The position numbers were made by a program, and so were the translations under genes. This document shows positions 35,383-45,021 of a stretch of DNA of 64,000 nt, in pieces. Source of the DNA: Kiloniellaceae bacterium (GTDB taxonomy: Bacteria > Pseudomonadota > Alphaproteobacteria > Kiloniellales > J153); contig JAJFGP010000116.1 in NCBI GenBank assembly GCA_021776055.1, forward strand, positions 13,547 through 77,546, given 5' to 3'. Numbering within the stretch: position 1 is the stretch's first letter; every line of letters starts with the position of its first letter. A model generated the notes under the pieces. That model was not told the origin of the DNA, did no database searches, and worked only from the letters and a program-made list of their open reading frames with translations.

Positions 35383-36888
35383 TCAACGTTCGAAGTTGTC
35401 GGCCACCAGGCGGTCGAGCAGGCGCACACCGAATCCTGTCCCGCCCTTGGGCACCGTCGGGCTGTCCTTGCTGGACCAAGTCACACCGGCGATGTCCAAA
35501 TGCGCCCAGGGCGTTCCTTTCTTGACAAAACGCTCCAGGAACTGGGCCGCCGTGATCGAGCCACCCGCCCGGTTGCCGACGTTCTTCATATCGGCGGCAT
35601 CGCTGTTGATCGCCTTGTCGTAGGCCTCGCCCATGGGCAGCCGCCAGACGCCCTCGCCCACCGTTTTGCCAGCCGCGAAAAGCTTGTCGGCGAGCTTGTC
35701 GTCGTTGGAGAACAAGCCGGCATACTCATGCCCCAGGGCCACAATAATAGCACCGGTCAATGTCGCCAGGTCGACGATAGCCCGCGGCTTGAACTTTTCC
35801 TGGGTGTACCAAAGCGCATCGGCCAAGACCAAACGCCCCTCGGCGTCGGTGTTGATGACCTCGATGGTCTGCCCGGACATGGACGTTACAATGTCACCTG
35901 GGCGCTGCGCCGTTGACGAGGGCATGTTTTCGACCAGGCCGCAGACACCGACGACATTGACCTTGGCTTTGCGTCCGGCGAGCGCCCGCATCAGGCCGAT
36001 GACGACACCAGACCCGCCCATGTCCCACTTCATGTCTTCCATGCCCCCCGCCGGCTTGATCGAGATGCCGCCCGTATCGAAGGTCACCCCCTTGCCGACA
36101 AAGGCCAACGGCTGTGCGGCTTTGCCCTTACCTCTGGCACCGCCGGACCATTGCATAACCAGAAGCTGTGACTCTTGCGCCGAGCCCTGACCAACGCCGA
36201 GCAAGGCGCCCATGCCAAGCCGGCGCATCTCCGCGACACCCAGAACCTGCACCTTGACCCCGAGCTTAGTTAGTTTCTTTGCTTCCGCCGCCAAGGTCTT
36301 GGGATATATGATATTCGCCGGCTCGGACACTAGATTTCGAGTCAGAAAAACACCTTCCGCCACCTGGTCCATATCCGCGAAGGCGCGCCGCGCCGCGGCC
36401 GGGTTGGCCACCATCACGGTCACCTTCTCCAAGCTTGGCTTGTCTTCCGGTTTTTCTTTGGTCCTATAGCGGTCGAAGCGATAGGCGCGCAGCCGGGCGC
36501 CGAGGCCGCAGCGGGCGGCATATGCAGGCGCCGGCACAGCGATCCCGGGAATGGCATCGACCATCACCGTGACACCGCGCTCGCCACTGCGGCTTAAGCG
36601 CTCAACCACGGACCCGCCAATGGCTTCCACGTCCAAATCTTTGATATCCTTCGGTTTACCCAAACCCACCAGTAACACACGACTGTTCCCGATTCCGGCT
36701 GGCGCCAAAATCTCCAGCATTTGGCGCGGGCGCCCCTTGAAGCGGCTTCCCTTGATGGCACGCGTTAGCGCGCCCTTGGTTGCGCGGTCCAGCTGTGCAG
36801 CACTTGCGGCGAGTTTGCCGCCATCCATGACTCCAACGGCGACAGCTCCCGCCTTTGGCAAGGCTGGCGCAACAAAAGCGATCTTCAT
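35383..36888 (-). CDS. pepA: leucyl aminopeptidase (M17)
   Basis: NTDAEGRLVLADAL signature and VGKGVTFDTGG. ATG 36888 is preceded by GAAAGGAA. Confidence 0.9.
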   Translation of the reverse strand: MKIAFVAPALPKAGAVAVGVMDGGKLAASAAQLDRATKGALTRAIKGSRFKGRPRQMLEILAPAGIGNSRVLLVGLGKPKDIKDLDVEAIGGSVVERLSRSGERGVTVMVDAIPGIAVPAPAYAARCGLGARLRAYRFDRYRTKEKPEDKPSLEKVTVMVANPAAARRAFADMDQVAEGVFLTRNLVSEPANIIYPKTLAAEAKKLTKLGVKVQVLGVAEMRRLGMGALLGVGQGSAQESQLLVMQWSGGARGKGKAAQPLAFVGKGVTFDTGGISIKPAGGMEDMKWDMGGSGVVIGLMRALAGRKAKVNVVGVCGLVENMPSSTAQRPGDIVTSMSGQTIEVINTDAEGRLVLADALWYTQEKFKPRAIVDLATLTGAIIVALGHEYAGLFSNDDKLADKLFAAGKTVGEGVWRLPMGEAYDKAINSDAADMKNVGNRAGGSITAAQFLERFVKKGTPWAHLDIAGVTWSSKDSPTVPKGGTGFGVRLLDRLVADNFER

Positions 36889-37086
36889 GGGGTTCCTTTC
36901 GGCCAATCATAGTGTGAGCGCGGATACGACGCGGGCTGGTCTGCCTATTGCGATATCTGCATGGCGGCCTGCCTGTCAATGCCCGCGCGTGGGCGGGGCA
37001 TCATCTATAAAGCGGCCAATTCCCTAGACGTATCAAGCTTGTTCTGTCTTTCTCTTTGTCTGGCCACGGTTTATCGTCTGGATGGC

Positions 37087-38208
37087 ATGCGGGGAATCAC
37101 TCGATACGTGTTGGGCCAACTGGCGGCCGCGACGATCGCGATCACGGTGGCGCTGACTTTTGCGGTCTGGCTGACTCAATCGCTGCGCCTGATCGACTTC
37201 ATCGTCAATCGTGGGCTTCCGGCGACCACCTTCTTTTCGTTCGTGGCGCTGCTTCTGCCTTCCTTTCTGGCGGTCGTGCTGCCGATCGCGGTCTTTTGCG
37301 CCATTCTTTTCGTCTATCACAAGCTGACGATGGACAGCGAGCTGGTGGTGTTGCGGGCCGTCGGCTTGTCGTCGTTTCAATTGGCTCGACCAGCCCTGAT
37401 TATAGGTCTCCTGACAACACTGGTCGTCTACAGCATCACGCTCTACTTTCTACCGATCTCGTATCGGGCCTTCAAGGAATTGCAATTTCAGTTGCGCAGC
37501 GATTATTCGACCGTGCTGCTGCAGGAGGGCGCGTTCAATACGGTCGCCGACGGCATCACCGTCTATGTGCGAGAACGCTCGTCGGACGGCGAGCTGCGCG
37601 GCATTTTGGTGCACGACATCCGCGATCCGGCAAAACCAGTCACGATGATGGCCGAGCGCGGCGCCCTCGTGCGTGGTGACGCCGGGCCACGAGTCGTTAT
37701 GGTGAACGGAAACCGCCAACAGGTCGAAGGCGGCAGCGGCCGTTTGTCGTTACTTTATTTCGACAGCTATACGGTCGAAATAACCAGGCTGCAGGATACG
37801 CCGCAAACGCGGTGGCGCGATGCCAAGGAACGTTTCCTGCCCGAACTCTTGAATCCGGACCCGACGGTGGGCGACGAGCAATTTCGGGCCGAACTTGCAG
37901 CCGAAGGTCACCAGCGGCTAGCGGCGCCCCTTTATACGCTCGCTTTCGTTTTGGTGGCATTGGCCACACTACTGGCCGGTGAATTCAATCGGCGTGGACA
38001 AAACCGGCGCGTGTTCTTTGCCGTCTTCTGTATCGCCGTACTCGAGGGATTGTCTTTGGCGATGCAAGACGTCGCCAGCAAATCTTCCTGGGCCATACCG
38101 GGTATGTATATTGCGCCCCTGTTACCTATCCTGGTCGCCCTAGCGGTGTTGGCTAAGCCTCCGCGCCGGCGCGCAACCAACCAGATGCCGGAAATGGCGG
38201 CGCCATGA
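37087..38208 (+). CDS. lptF: LPS export ABC transporter permease LptF
   Basis: YjgP/YjgQ-type permease (MRGITRYVLGQL...). Divergent from pepA as in many Proteobacteria. Confidence 0.85.
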   Translation: MRGITRYVLGQLAAATIAITVALTFAVWLTQSLRLIDFIVNRGLPATTFFSFVALLLPSFLAVVLPIAVFCAILFVYHKLTMDSELVVLRAVGLSSFQLARPALIIGLLTTLVVYSITLYFLPISYRAFKELQFQLRSDYSTVLLQEGAFNTVADGITVYVRERSSDGELRGILVHDIRDPAKPVTMMAERGALVRGDAGPRVVMVNGNRQQVEGGSGRLSLLYFDSYTVEITRLQDTPQTRWRDAKERFLPELLNPDPTVGDEQFRAELAAEGHQRLAAPLYTLAFVLVALATLLAGEFNRRGQNRRVFFAVFCIAVLEGLSLAMQDVASKSSWAIPGMYIAPLLPILVALAVLAKPPRRRATNQMPEMAAP

Positions 38209-39332
38209 CCGCGATCGTAAGCCGTCCACTCATTCGGCGACTGCGCCTTTCGCCAACGCTCTCGGCCTATATCGCGCGCCAGTATTCCATGTGGTTCTTG
38301 GCTTATTTCACGGGTCTTGTCGGCGTCATCCTTTTGGTCAGCACCGTCGATCTTCTCGACCGCCTGGCGTCCAGAGACGCCTCACTGGGCATTGTCCTGC
38401 GCATGGTGATGCTCAAGCTCCCTTATTTGAGCCAGGAGGTCATGCCGTTCACCGTGCTCTTCGCGGGGCTTTCGTGTTTCTGGAAATTGACACGCTCGCA
38501 TGAACTGGTCATCACACGGGCAGCCGGCATTTCGGTCTGGCAGATTCTATTACCGGTACTTGGCGTTGCGACACTGGTGGGGATTCTCACCGTCTCATTG
38601 CTCAATCCCGTGGCCTCAATTCTCCTTGGCCGCTTCGAGCAGATGGAGGCCAAGTATATTCGCAACGAGGGCAGCTCCCTCGCCGTATCGAGCACCGGTG
38701 TGTGGCTACGCCAGGCCGATGCGAACGGCCAATCGGTGATCCACGCGTTACGTGCAACACACGAACCCCTGGTGCTACACGACGTTATCGTCTTTCAGTT
38801 CGAGGATGAGGACCGCTTCGTCGGCCGGATCGACGCAACACGCGCCGTGTTGGAGCCGGGTCGTTGGGTCCTCTTCGAGGCCTGGCATACCCAACCGGGC
38901 GGTCCTGCTGATTTTGCCAAACGGCTCGAAGTTGAATCGAATTTAACGCGAGAAAAGATACTCGACAGCTTCGCGCCCCCGGAAACCATCTCGTTTTGGA
39001 GCCTACCCGGATTTATCGCCCTTTTGACCGAGGCAGGGTTTTCGGCCGTGCGTCATAAACTGCAATTCCATCGCCTATTGGCGACGCCGGTCCTGCTCAC
39101 CGCCATGGTCCTGCTCGCGGCAACCTTTTCTCTCCGCCCACAGCGGCGCGGGCGCGTTGCCTTGATCATCCTGAGCGGTGTGCTAGCCGGCTTTCTGTTG
39201 TATTTCTTGTCTAACTTTGTATTCGCCTTAGGCCTTTCAGCCAGAATTCCGGTTGTTCTTGCCGCCTGGACACCGGCAGGTGTGTGCATGATGCTAGGCG
39301 TAGCAACCTTGTTGCACTTAGAAGACGGTTAG
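38205..39332 (+). CDS. lptG: LPS export ABC transporter permease LptG
   Basis: Paralogous YjgP/YjgQ permease. ATGA overlap with lptF. Confidence 0.85.
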   Translation: MTAIVSRPLIRRLRLSPTLSAYIARQYSMWFLAYFTGLVGVILLVSTVDLLDRLASRDASLGIVLRMVMLKLPYLSQEVMPFTVLFAGLSCFWKLTRSHELVITRAAGISVWQILLPVLGVATLVGILTVSLLNPVASILLGRFEQMEAKYIRNEGSSLAVSSTGVWLRQADANGQSVIHALRATHEPLVLHDVIVFQFEDEDRFVGRIDATRAVLEPGRWVLFEAWHTQPGGPADFAKRLEVESNLTREKILDSFAPPETISFWSLPGFIALLTEAGFSAVRHKLQFHRLLATPVLLTAMVLLAATFSLRPQRRGRVALIILSGVLAGFLLYFLSNFVFALGLSARIPVVLAAWTPAGVCMMLGVATLLHLEDG

Positions 39333-39340
39333 GGTCGGCC

Positions 39341-41569
39341 ATGCGGTTCGGGGGGGCCAAGAGAACAATCGTGTTTCTGGCTGCAGCAGCGCTGCTGGCA
39401 GCCGCCACCGCGTACTCAGCGGCCGCACAAGAAACCTCACAGGGCGGGTCACTGGAGTCTCTCGCCGTGGACTCGATTCCTGCTTTGATCAGCGCCGACA
39501 GTGTCTCATACGACGAAAACCTAGGCGTCGTGACCGCGTCCGGGAATGTCGAGATTTCCCAGGACGGCCGTACCCTGATTGCGGACACGGTAAGTTACAA
39601 CCTGCGCACCGATGTGGTGACCGCCTCGGGTAACGTTTCGTTGCTGGAAGCCACCGGCGACGTGTTGTTTGCCGACTTTGTCGAGTTGACCGAGAATATG
39701 CGCGAGGGATTTATTCGCGACATTCGAGTTCTTTTAGCTGACCGTAGCCGGTTGGCAGCCGCCAGCGGCCTGCGAACGGGCGGCAGAAAGACCGTCTTTC
39801 GCAAGGGCGTTTACAGCCCATGCGAGTTGTGCCGGGACGACCCCAATCGCGCACCGCTGTGGCAACTCAAGGCGGTTGAGATCGAACACGACCAGGAAGA
39901 GAAGGTCATTCGCTATCGCGATGCCTGGATGGAAATCTTTGGCGTGCCCGTGCTCTACACACCGTATTTCGAGCATCCGGACCCGACCGTAAAGCGGAAA
40001 AGTGGCTTCTTGGTTCCCGTCATTGGCGCTTCGGAAGTGCTCGGCACAACCTACCAACACCCGTATTATTGGACCCTCGCTCCAAATCAGGACTTCACGT
40101 TCTCGCCCATCTTTACAAGCAAGCAAGGCATCGTCGCGGCGGGCGAGTATCGCCACCTCCTACCAAACGGGCGGCTCGATTTGCGGGCCAGCGGGACCTT
40201 TGGCGATCGTGAAGACGTCGACGGTACAATCAGTGAAAACGCCTTCCGCGGCCACATCGACAGCACTGCCCGTTTCGACGTCGACGAAACCTGGCGCTGG
40301 GGCATCGACGCGCAACGCGTTACCGACGACACATACATGCGAATCTACAACTTCTCGAGCCCGCGGACGTTAACCAGTCGCGCTTTCGCCGAGGGGTTAG
40401 ACGGACGCAACTATGCAGCGGCAAATGCCTATATCTATCAAGGCCTGCGCGCGGAAGATAGAGATTCAGAATCCCCGATCGTATTGCCGTTAGTCGACTA
40501 CAACTATATCAGCGAGCCGGGCATCGCCGGCGGCAAGTATATGCTCGATGCCAATCTGCTGGCGCTCACGCGAACCGACGGCCGCGATAGCCGGCGCGCT
40601 TCGGTGGGTGTGGGCTGGGAGCTACCGTACATGGGCCCACTCGGCGATTTGTACACCTTCACGGCCCGTATCCAAGGAGACGGCTACTGGGTAAATGGGC
40701 GTGACCCAACGTCAGAGGATGTAAACTCCGCCGGGCCGACCGAGAGCGATGTTACCGGCCGCATCTTTCCACAATTTGCAGCACAGTGGCGCTATCCTTG
40801 GGTGCGCAGTGTCGACGGTATGCACCAGGTAATCGAACCAATTGCCCAAGCGGTATTTGCCCCCAATGGCTCCAACCCGGATGAAATCCCCAACGAGGAT
40901 AGCCTGGACTTCGAGTTCGACGACACTAACTTGTTCAGCCTCAACCGATTCACCGGCCTTGACCGGGTCGATCCGGGAACCCGGTTCGACTACGGCCTGA
41001 AATGGACCGTAACAGGCGACGGTGGTGGCTATGCCAGCACGTTTGTCGGACAAAGCTACCGCTTGAGCGAAGCCGATGTTTTCACGGCGGGTTCCGGTGT
41101 CGCGGATAACCTTTCCGATATCGTGGGCCGTGTACAGATTCGCCCGGACTATGATCTCAGCCTGCTCTACCGTTTCCGCCTCGACAAAAACAGTTTGGAT
41201 TTTCAGCGAAACGAGGTGGATCTGACCGTCGGCCCGCCGGCCCTAAACCTCGATCTTGGATACATCTCGGTGACGTCGCAAACTACCGAGGACGAGTTCG
41301 ACGACCGCGAGGAGCTAAATTGGACATTGAGATCGCAAATCAGCCGATACTGGTCCATCTATGGCGGGCAGCGGCTAGACTTGGCCGAGAGCCAGACCCT
41401 GCAAGCAAGGATCGGCGCTGTCTACCAGGACGAGTGTTTCCTGATTGAAGCGGTGGCGGAGCGGAACTTCTTCCGAGATCGGGAGATTAAGCCTGAAGAT
41501 ACCTTTTTTGTCAGTATCGTGTTCAAGAATCTCGGTGGCCTTACCAGCAATGACACGAGCGGATTTTGA
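39341..41569 (+). CDS. lptD: LPS-assembly protein LptD
   Basis: Signal peptide, OstA-like N-terminal domain (ADSVSYDENLGVVTASGNVEI), and a large beta-barrel C-terminus. Confidence 0.85.
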   Translation: MRFGGAKRTIVFLAAAALLAAATAYSAAAQETSQGGSLESLAVDSIPALISADSVSYDENLGVVTASGNVEISQDGRTLIADTVSYNLRTDVVTASGNVSLLEATGDVLFADFVELTENMREGFIRDIRVLLADRSRLAAASGLRTGGRKTVFRKGVYSPCELCRDDPNRAPLWQLKAVEIEHDQEEKVIRYRDAWMEIFGVPVLYTPYFEHPDPTVKRKSGFLVPVIGASEVLGTTYQHPYYWTLAPNQDFTFSPIFTSKQGIVAAGEYRHLLPNGRLDLRASGTFGDREDVDGTISENAFRGHIDSTARFDVDETWRWGIDAQRVTDDTYMRIYNFSSPRTLTSRAFAEGLDGRNYAAANAYIYQGLRAEDRDSESPIVLPLVDYNYISEPGIAGGKYMLDANLLALTRTDGRDSRRASVGVGWELPYMGPLGDLYTFTARIQGDGYWVNGRDPTSEDVNSAGPTESDVTGRIFPQFAAQWRYPWVRSVDGMHQVIEPIAQAVFAPNGSNPDEIPNEDSLDFEFDDTNLFSLNRFTGLDRVDPGTRFDYGLKWTVTGDGGGYASTFVGQSYRLSEADVFTAGSGVADNLSDIVGRVQIRPDYDLSLLYRFRLDKNSLDFQRNEVDLTVGPPALNLDLGYISVTSQTTEDEFDDREELNWTLRSQISRYWSIYGGQRLDLAESQTLQARIGAVYQDECFLIEAVAERNFFRDREIKPEDTFFVSIVFKNLGGLTSNDTSGF

Positions 41570-41617
41570 CCGCCCCGCCTCGTTGTCCACTGGAGGCCTT
41601 GGGCCTATAGTGCGGGT

Positions 41618-42913
41618 ATGATGATGCGTTTCACAGATTGGTCCTACCGGCCGGGAGGCGCGCGCATTACCCGCTTGGGGCGGAGTTGCGTGTTGGCCGT
41701 TGGCCTGTTGTTCGCAGCCCTGAGCCCTGGCCACGCCCAGGACCTGCTGCGCGCCGCGGCCGTGGTCAATGACGAGATCATTTCCATGCTGGACCTCAAT
41801 ATGCGGGTCCGGTTGGCAATCCTGGCGACGGGTCAGCGCGAATCGGCGGAGTTGCGCCAGCGTGTCTCCGCGCAGGTCATGCGTGGGTTAATCGACGAAC
41901 GCCTACAGGCACAAGAGGCCGAACGCCTGGACATTGCCGTGCCCGACGACCAATTGGACAGCGCCGTCGATCAGCTCGCCAGCCGGAACAAAATGACCCG
42001 GGAAGGCTTCCTCAATGTGGTTCAACAGCAGGGCGTCCTTAAGGAGAGCCTGCTGGAGCAAATCCACGCTCAGTTGATCTGGCGCACGCTTGTTGCCCGC
42101 CGGCTGCGACCCTCGGTGCACGTATCGGAAGAGGAGATCCAAGAAGTCGTCAATCGCATTGTCTCCAATCGCGGCAGCACTTTGCGGCGGGTATCGGAAA
42201 TCTTCCTGGGCGTCGATTCCGTCTTGCAGGAGGGCGATGTAAGGGTCAATGCCGAGCGCCTGATCGATCAACTTCGCGCCGGCGCCGACTTCACCGCCTT
42301 GGCCCGGCAATTTTCGCAATCCGCCACCGCGCCCCAGGGCGGCGAAATCGGCTGGGTGCAGGAAGGCCAGCTAGCCCCGGAACTCGACGCAGCCCTGGCG
42401 ACCATGCAGGACAACACAGTCGCGGGCCCGGTTCGCACGTTGAGCGGTTTCCACGTCCTGCTGCTACGGGAGAGCAGAAAATCGCCACTGGGGGATGTCA
42501 GTCTGCACATCAAACAGATTCTGCTGCCGCTGCCGGACGATGCGACCGATCAGCAACAGCAAGAGGTGGATGCGCGCGTGGTGGAGGTTGGCAAGCAGAT
42601 CAATGGCTGCGACGGCATGGAAGACATCGCCACCGAGGCGGGCACGTCAGGCTCCGGCGATCTCGGCACGATGAAGCTGGGCGATCTACCGGCTCCCATC
42701 CAAAGTATCGTCCGCTCGCTGCCGATAGGCCAGGCCAGCGAGCCCATTCGAGTAGCTGGCGGCTTGAGCGTGCTCGTGGTCTGCGAGAGAACCGATGCCG
42801 GCATCGACCGGGAGGCGATCCGCGAACAACTCGTCAACGGTCAGCTCGACCTGCTGTCACGGCGTTATATGCGCGATTTGCGTCGAAGCGCCAATGTCGA
42901 CATCCGTATATGA
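41618..42913 (+). CDS. surA: periplasmic chaperone / peptidyl-prolyl isomerase SurA
   Basis: SurA_N-like region (AAVVNDEIISMLDL) and one parvulin domain (GGEIGWV...GFHVLLL). Confidence 0.8.
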   Translation: MMMRFTDWSYRPGGARITRLGRSCVLAVGLLFAALSPGHAQDLLRAAAVVNDEIISMLDLNMRVRLAILATGQRESAELRQRVSAQVMRGLIDERLQAQEAERLDIAVPDDQLDSAVDQLASRNKMTREGFLNVVQQQGVLKESLLEQIHAQLIWRTLVARRLRPSVHVSEEEIQEVVNRIVSNRGSTLRRVSEIFLGVDSVLQEGDVRVNAERLIDQLRAGADFTALARQFSQSATAPQGGEIGWVQEGQLAPELDAALATMQDNTVAGPVRTLSGFHVLLLRESRKSPLGDVSLHIKQILLPLPDDATDQQQQEVDARVVEVGKQINGCDGMEDIATEAGTSGSGDLGTMKLGDLPAPIQSIVRSLPIGQASEPIRVAGGLSVLVVCERTDAGIDREAIREQLVNGQLDLLSRRYMRDLRRSANVDIRI

Positions 42914-43962
42914 GCCTGGGCAAGGATACGGACTCACAGAACTCACCGCAGCCACTCGCCCTAACCATGGGGGAGCCGGCGGGCATCGGCGGCGAGATCG
43001 CTTTGCAGGCATGGCAGGCCCTGGCTCCTAAGCAGAAGACACCCTTTTTCGTCATCGATGACCCGGCGCGGCTTACCGACTTGGCCCGCCAGACGACACC
43101 TGAAGTCCCCGTCGAGCCCATCGGCGCACCAGCCGAGGCAATGGCTGTGTTCCCACGCGCCGTGCCCGTCTTGCCCATGGCCGTACCGAAAGCGGTGGCG
43201 CCGGGGCAACCGGCACGCGAGAACGCCGCGGCGGTGGTGGACTCGGTCAAGCGGGCGGTCAGCCTGGTGCAAGCTGGCGAGGCCGCCGCCGTGGTCACCA
43301 ACCCGATTCACAAGCAGACCCTCTACGACGGTGGGTTCCGCTTTCCCGGCCATACCGAATTCCTGGCCGATTTGGCTGGCGGCGATGCCGCACCGGTCAT
43401 GATGCTCGCCTGCCCCGGCCTGCGCGTCGTACCGGTTACGGTTCATGTTTCGCTGGCACGTGCCGCCGCCTCGCTTTCGACCGAGGCCATTGTCCAGGCC
43501 GGAAAGGTTACGGCAGCCGCCTTGCGCGACGATTTTGCCATCGCCCGGCCGCGCCTGACGATTGCCGCGCTGAACCCACACGCCGGCGAAGGCGGCGCCT
43601 TGGGCCGCGAGGAACTCGATATCATCATTCCGGCCATCACCGAGCTGCGCGGCGCCGGAATTGAGGTCGCCGGCCCAGCCCCGGCGGATACGCTGTTCCA
43701 CGCGAAGGCGCGCGCGGGCTATGACGCGGTGCTGTGCATGTATCACGATCAAGCCTTGATCCCGCTGAAGACCATCGACTTCGAGCACGGCGTCAACATT
43801 ACGCTCGGTCTGCCGTTCGTCCGCACCTCGCCGGACCATGGTACCGCCTTTGAAATCGCCGGCACCGGACGGGCGAGCCCCGCAAGCCTGCTCGCCGCCA
43901 TGGCCACCGCCGGCGCCATGGCCACGGCCCGGGCCACGGCGCAGCGCCGCTCCGTTGCCTAA
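42910..43962 (+). CDS. pdxA: 4-hydroxythreonine-4-phosphate dehydrogenase
   Basis: GEPAGIG, GHTEFLA, ALNPHAGEGG, TSPDHGTAFEIAG. Confidence 0.9.
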   Translation: MSLGKDTDSQNSPQPLALTMGEPAGIGGEIALQAWQALAPKQKTPFFVIDDPARLTDLARQTTPEVPVEPIGAPAEAMAVFPRAVPVLPMAVPKAVAPGQPARENAAAVVDSVKRAVSLVQAGEAAAVVTNPIHKQTLYDGGFRFPGHTEFLADLAGGDAAPVMMLACPGLRVVPVTVHVSLARAAASLSTEAIVQAGKVTAAALRDDFAIARPRLTIAALNPHAGEGGALGREELDIIIPAITELRGAGIEVAGPAPADTLFHAKARAGYDAVLCMYHDQALIPLKTIDFEHGVNITLGLPFVRTSPDHGTAFEIAGTGRASPASLLAAMATAGAMATARATAQRRSVA

Positions 43963-44836
43963 CTCCGAGCCACGGCTGCCACCACTGCGCGATGTTATCG
44001 CCAAACACGGGCTCAACGCGCGCAAATCGCTCGGCCAGCACTTCCTGTTCGACCTCAACCTCACCGGCCGCATTGTGCGCACCGCGAGCCAGTTCCTGCC
44101 GCCGCCCACTGGCAATCTGACCCTGGGCACGGTCATAGAAATCGGGCCAGGACCCGGCGGCCTGACGCGCGCCCTGCTCAGCGCCGGCACCGGCAACCTG
44201 ATCGCCATCGAGAAGGACCATCGGTGCGTGGCCGCACTGGCGGAACTGGCGGAGGCGTATCCGGACCGCCTCGACGTGCGCGAAACCGACGCTATAGCCC
44301 TTGACGCCGCCCACATCGGCGCCGCACCGCGCCGCATCATCGCCAATCTGCCGTACAACATCTCAACGCCCCTGCTTCTTCGCTGGCTGGCCGATGTGGC
44401 GCGTGATCCGTCAGCCTTTTCCGGCTTCGTCCTGATGTTTCAGAGCGAGGTGGCCGATCGCTTAACCGCGCGCCCGCGCAGCAAAGCCTACGGCCGCCTG
44501 TCGGTGATTACGCAATGGCTTTGCCATGTCCAACCGCTTTTCGAGGTACCAGCACGGGCGTTTACACCGCCGCCCAAGGTCGACTCCACCGTGGTCGGCC
44601 TACGCCCCCGCCCAATGCCACTGGCGGCCGCGGATATGCCCACGCTCGAGCGGGTCACCGCCGCCGCCTTCGGGCAACGGCGGAAGATGCTGCGGCAGAG
44701 CCTAAAATCATTGGGAGCGGATACCGGGGCGCTGCTGACAGCCACCGGCGTGCCGGAAACCGCTCGCGCCGAAGAGTTAGAGGTAGAAGAATTTTGCGCC
44801 CTGGCGCGCGCTCTGGCGGAGCGGACGGTGGATTAA
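43955..44836 (+). CDS. rsmA: 16S rRNA (adenine1518/1519-N6)-dimethyltransferase
   Basis: LGQHFLFDLNL, VIEIGPGPGGLT, ANLPYNISTPLL. There is no in-frame ATG or GTG between the pdxA stop and the conserved N-terminus. Start assumed at TTG 43955 (8-nt overlap with pdxA) or CTG 43976. Confidence 0.85.
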   Translation: MPNSEPRLPPLRDVIAKHGLNARKSLGQHFLFDLNLTGRIVRTASQFLPPPTGNLTLGTVIEIGPGPGGLTRALLSAGTGNLIAIEKDHRCVAALAELAEAYPDRLDVRETDAIALDAAHIGAAPRRIIANLPYNISTPLLLRWLADVARDPSAFSGFVLMFQSEVADRLTARPRSKAYGRLSVITQWLCHVQPLFEVPARAFTPPPKVDSTVVGLRPRPMPLAAADMPTLERVTAAAFGQRRKMLRQSLKSLGADTGALLTATGVPETARAEELEVEEFCALARALAERTVD

Positions 44837-44946
44837 CGCTCCTAGTACGAAACTCCACATCTGTCGGCTCGCAAACCTTCAGCAACTCGATTAATGCACG
44901 GCTATGAAGGCCGGTACGTCAATCGGGTGCAGCAAACTTTTTGCCC

Positions 44947-44975
44947 TTGATTAGTTGAACGTTAAACAATATATT
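44947..44975 (+). promoter_or_regulatory. sigma70-type promoter candidate for the nitroreductase-marR operon
   Basis: TTGATT (44947..44952), 17-nt spacer, TATATT (44970..44975). AGGAGG at 45008..45013 lies 8 nt before ATG 45022. Confidence 0.55.
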
Positions 44976-44992
44976 GTTTAACGTTCAACTAA
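44951..44992. promoter_or_regulatory. perfect 42-bp palindrome; probable operator, with the co-transcribed MarR as candidate binder
   Basis: TTAGTTGAACGTTAAACAATA|TATTGTTTAACGTTCAACTAA has no mismatch. It has 10/42 G+C in a high-GC genome and overlaps the -35/-10 candidate. Confidence 0.6.
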
Positions 44993-45021
44993 TATGACGC
45001 TTCTAGTAGGAGGAAAAGGGC

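Noticed and set aside
42961-44361. 466-aa ORF on the minus strand, antisense to pdxA and rsmA
   Set aside because: It is the same GC-driven artefact. It overlaps two well-supported genes and its product is low-complexity and R/G/A-rich.
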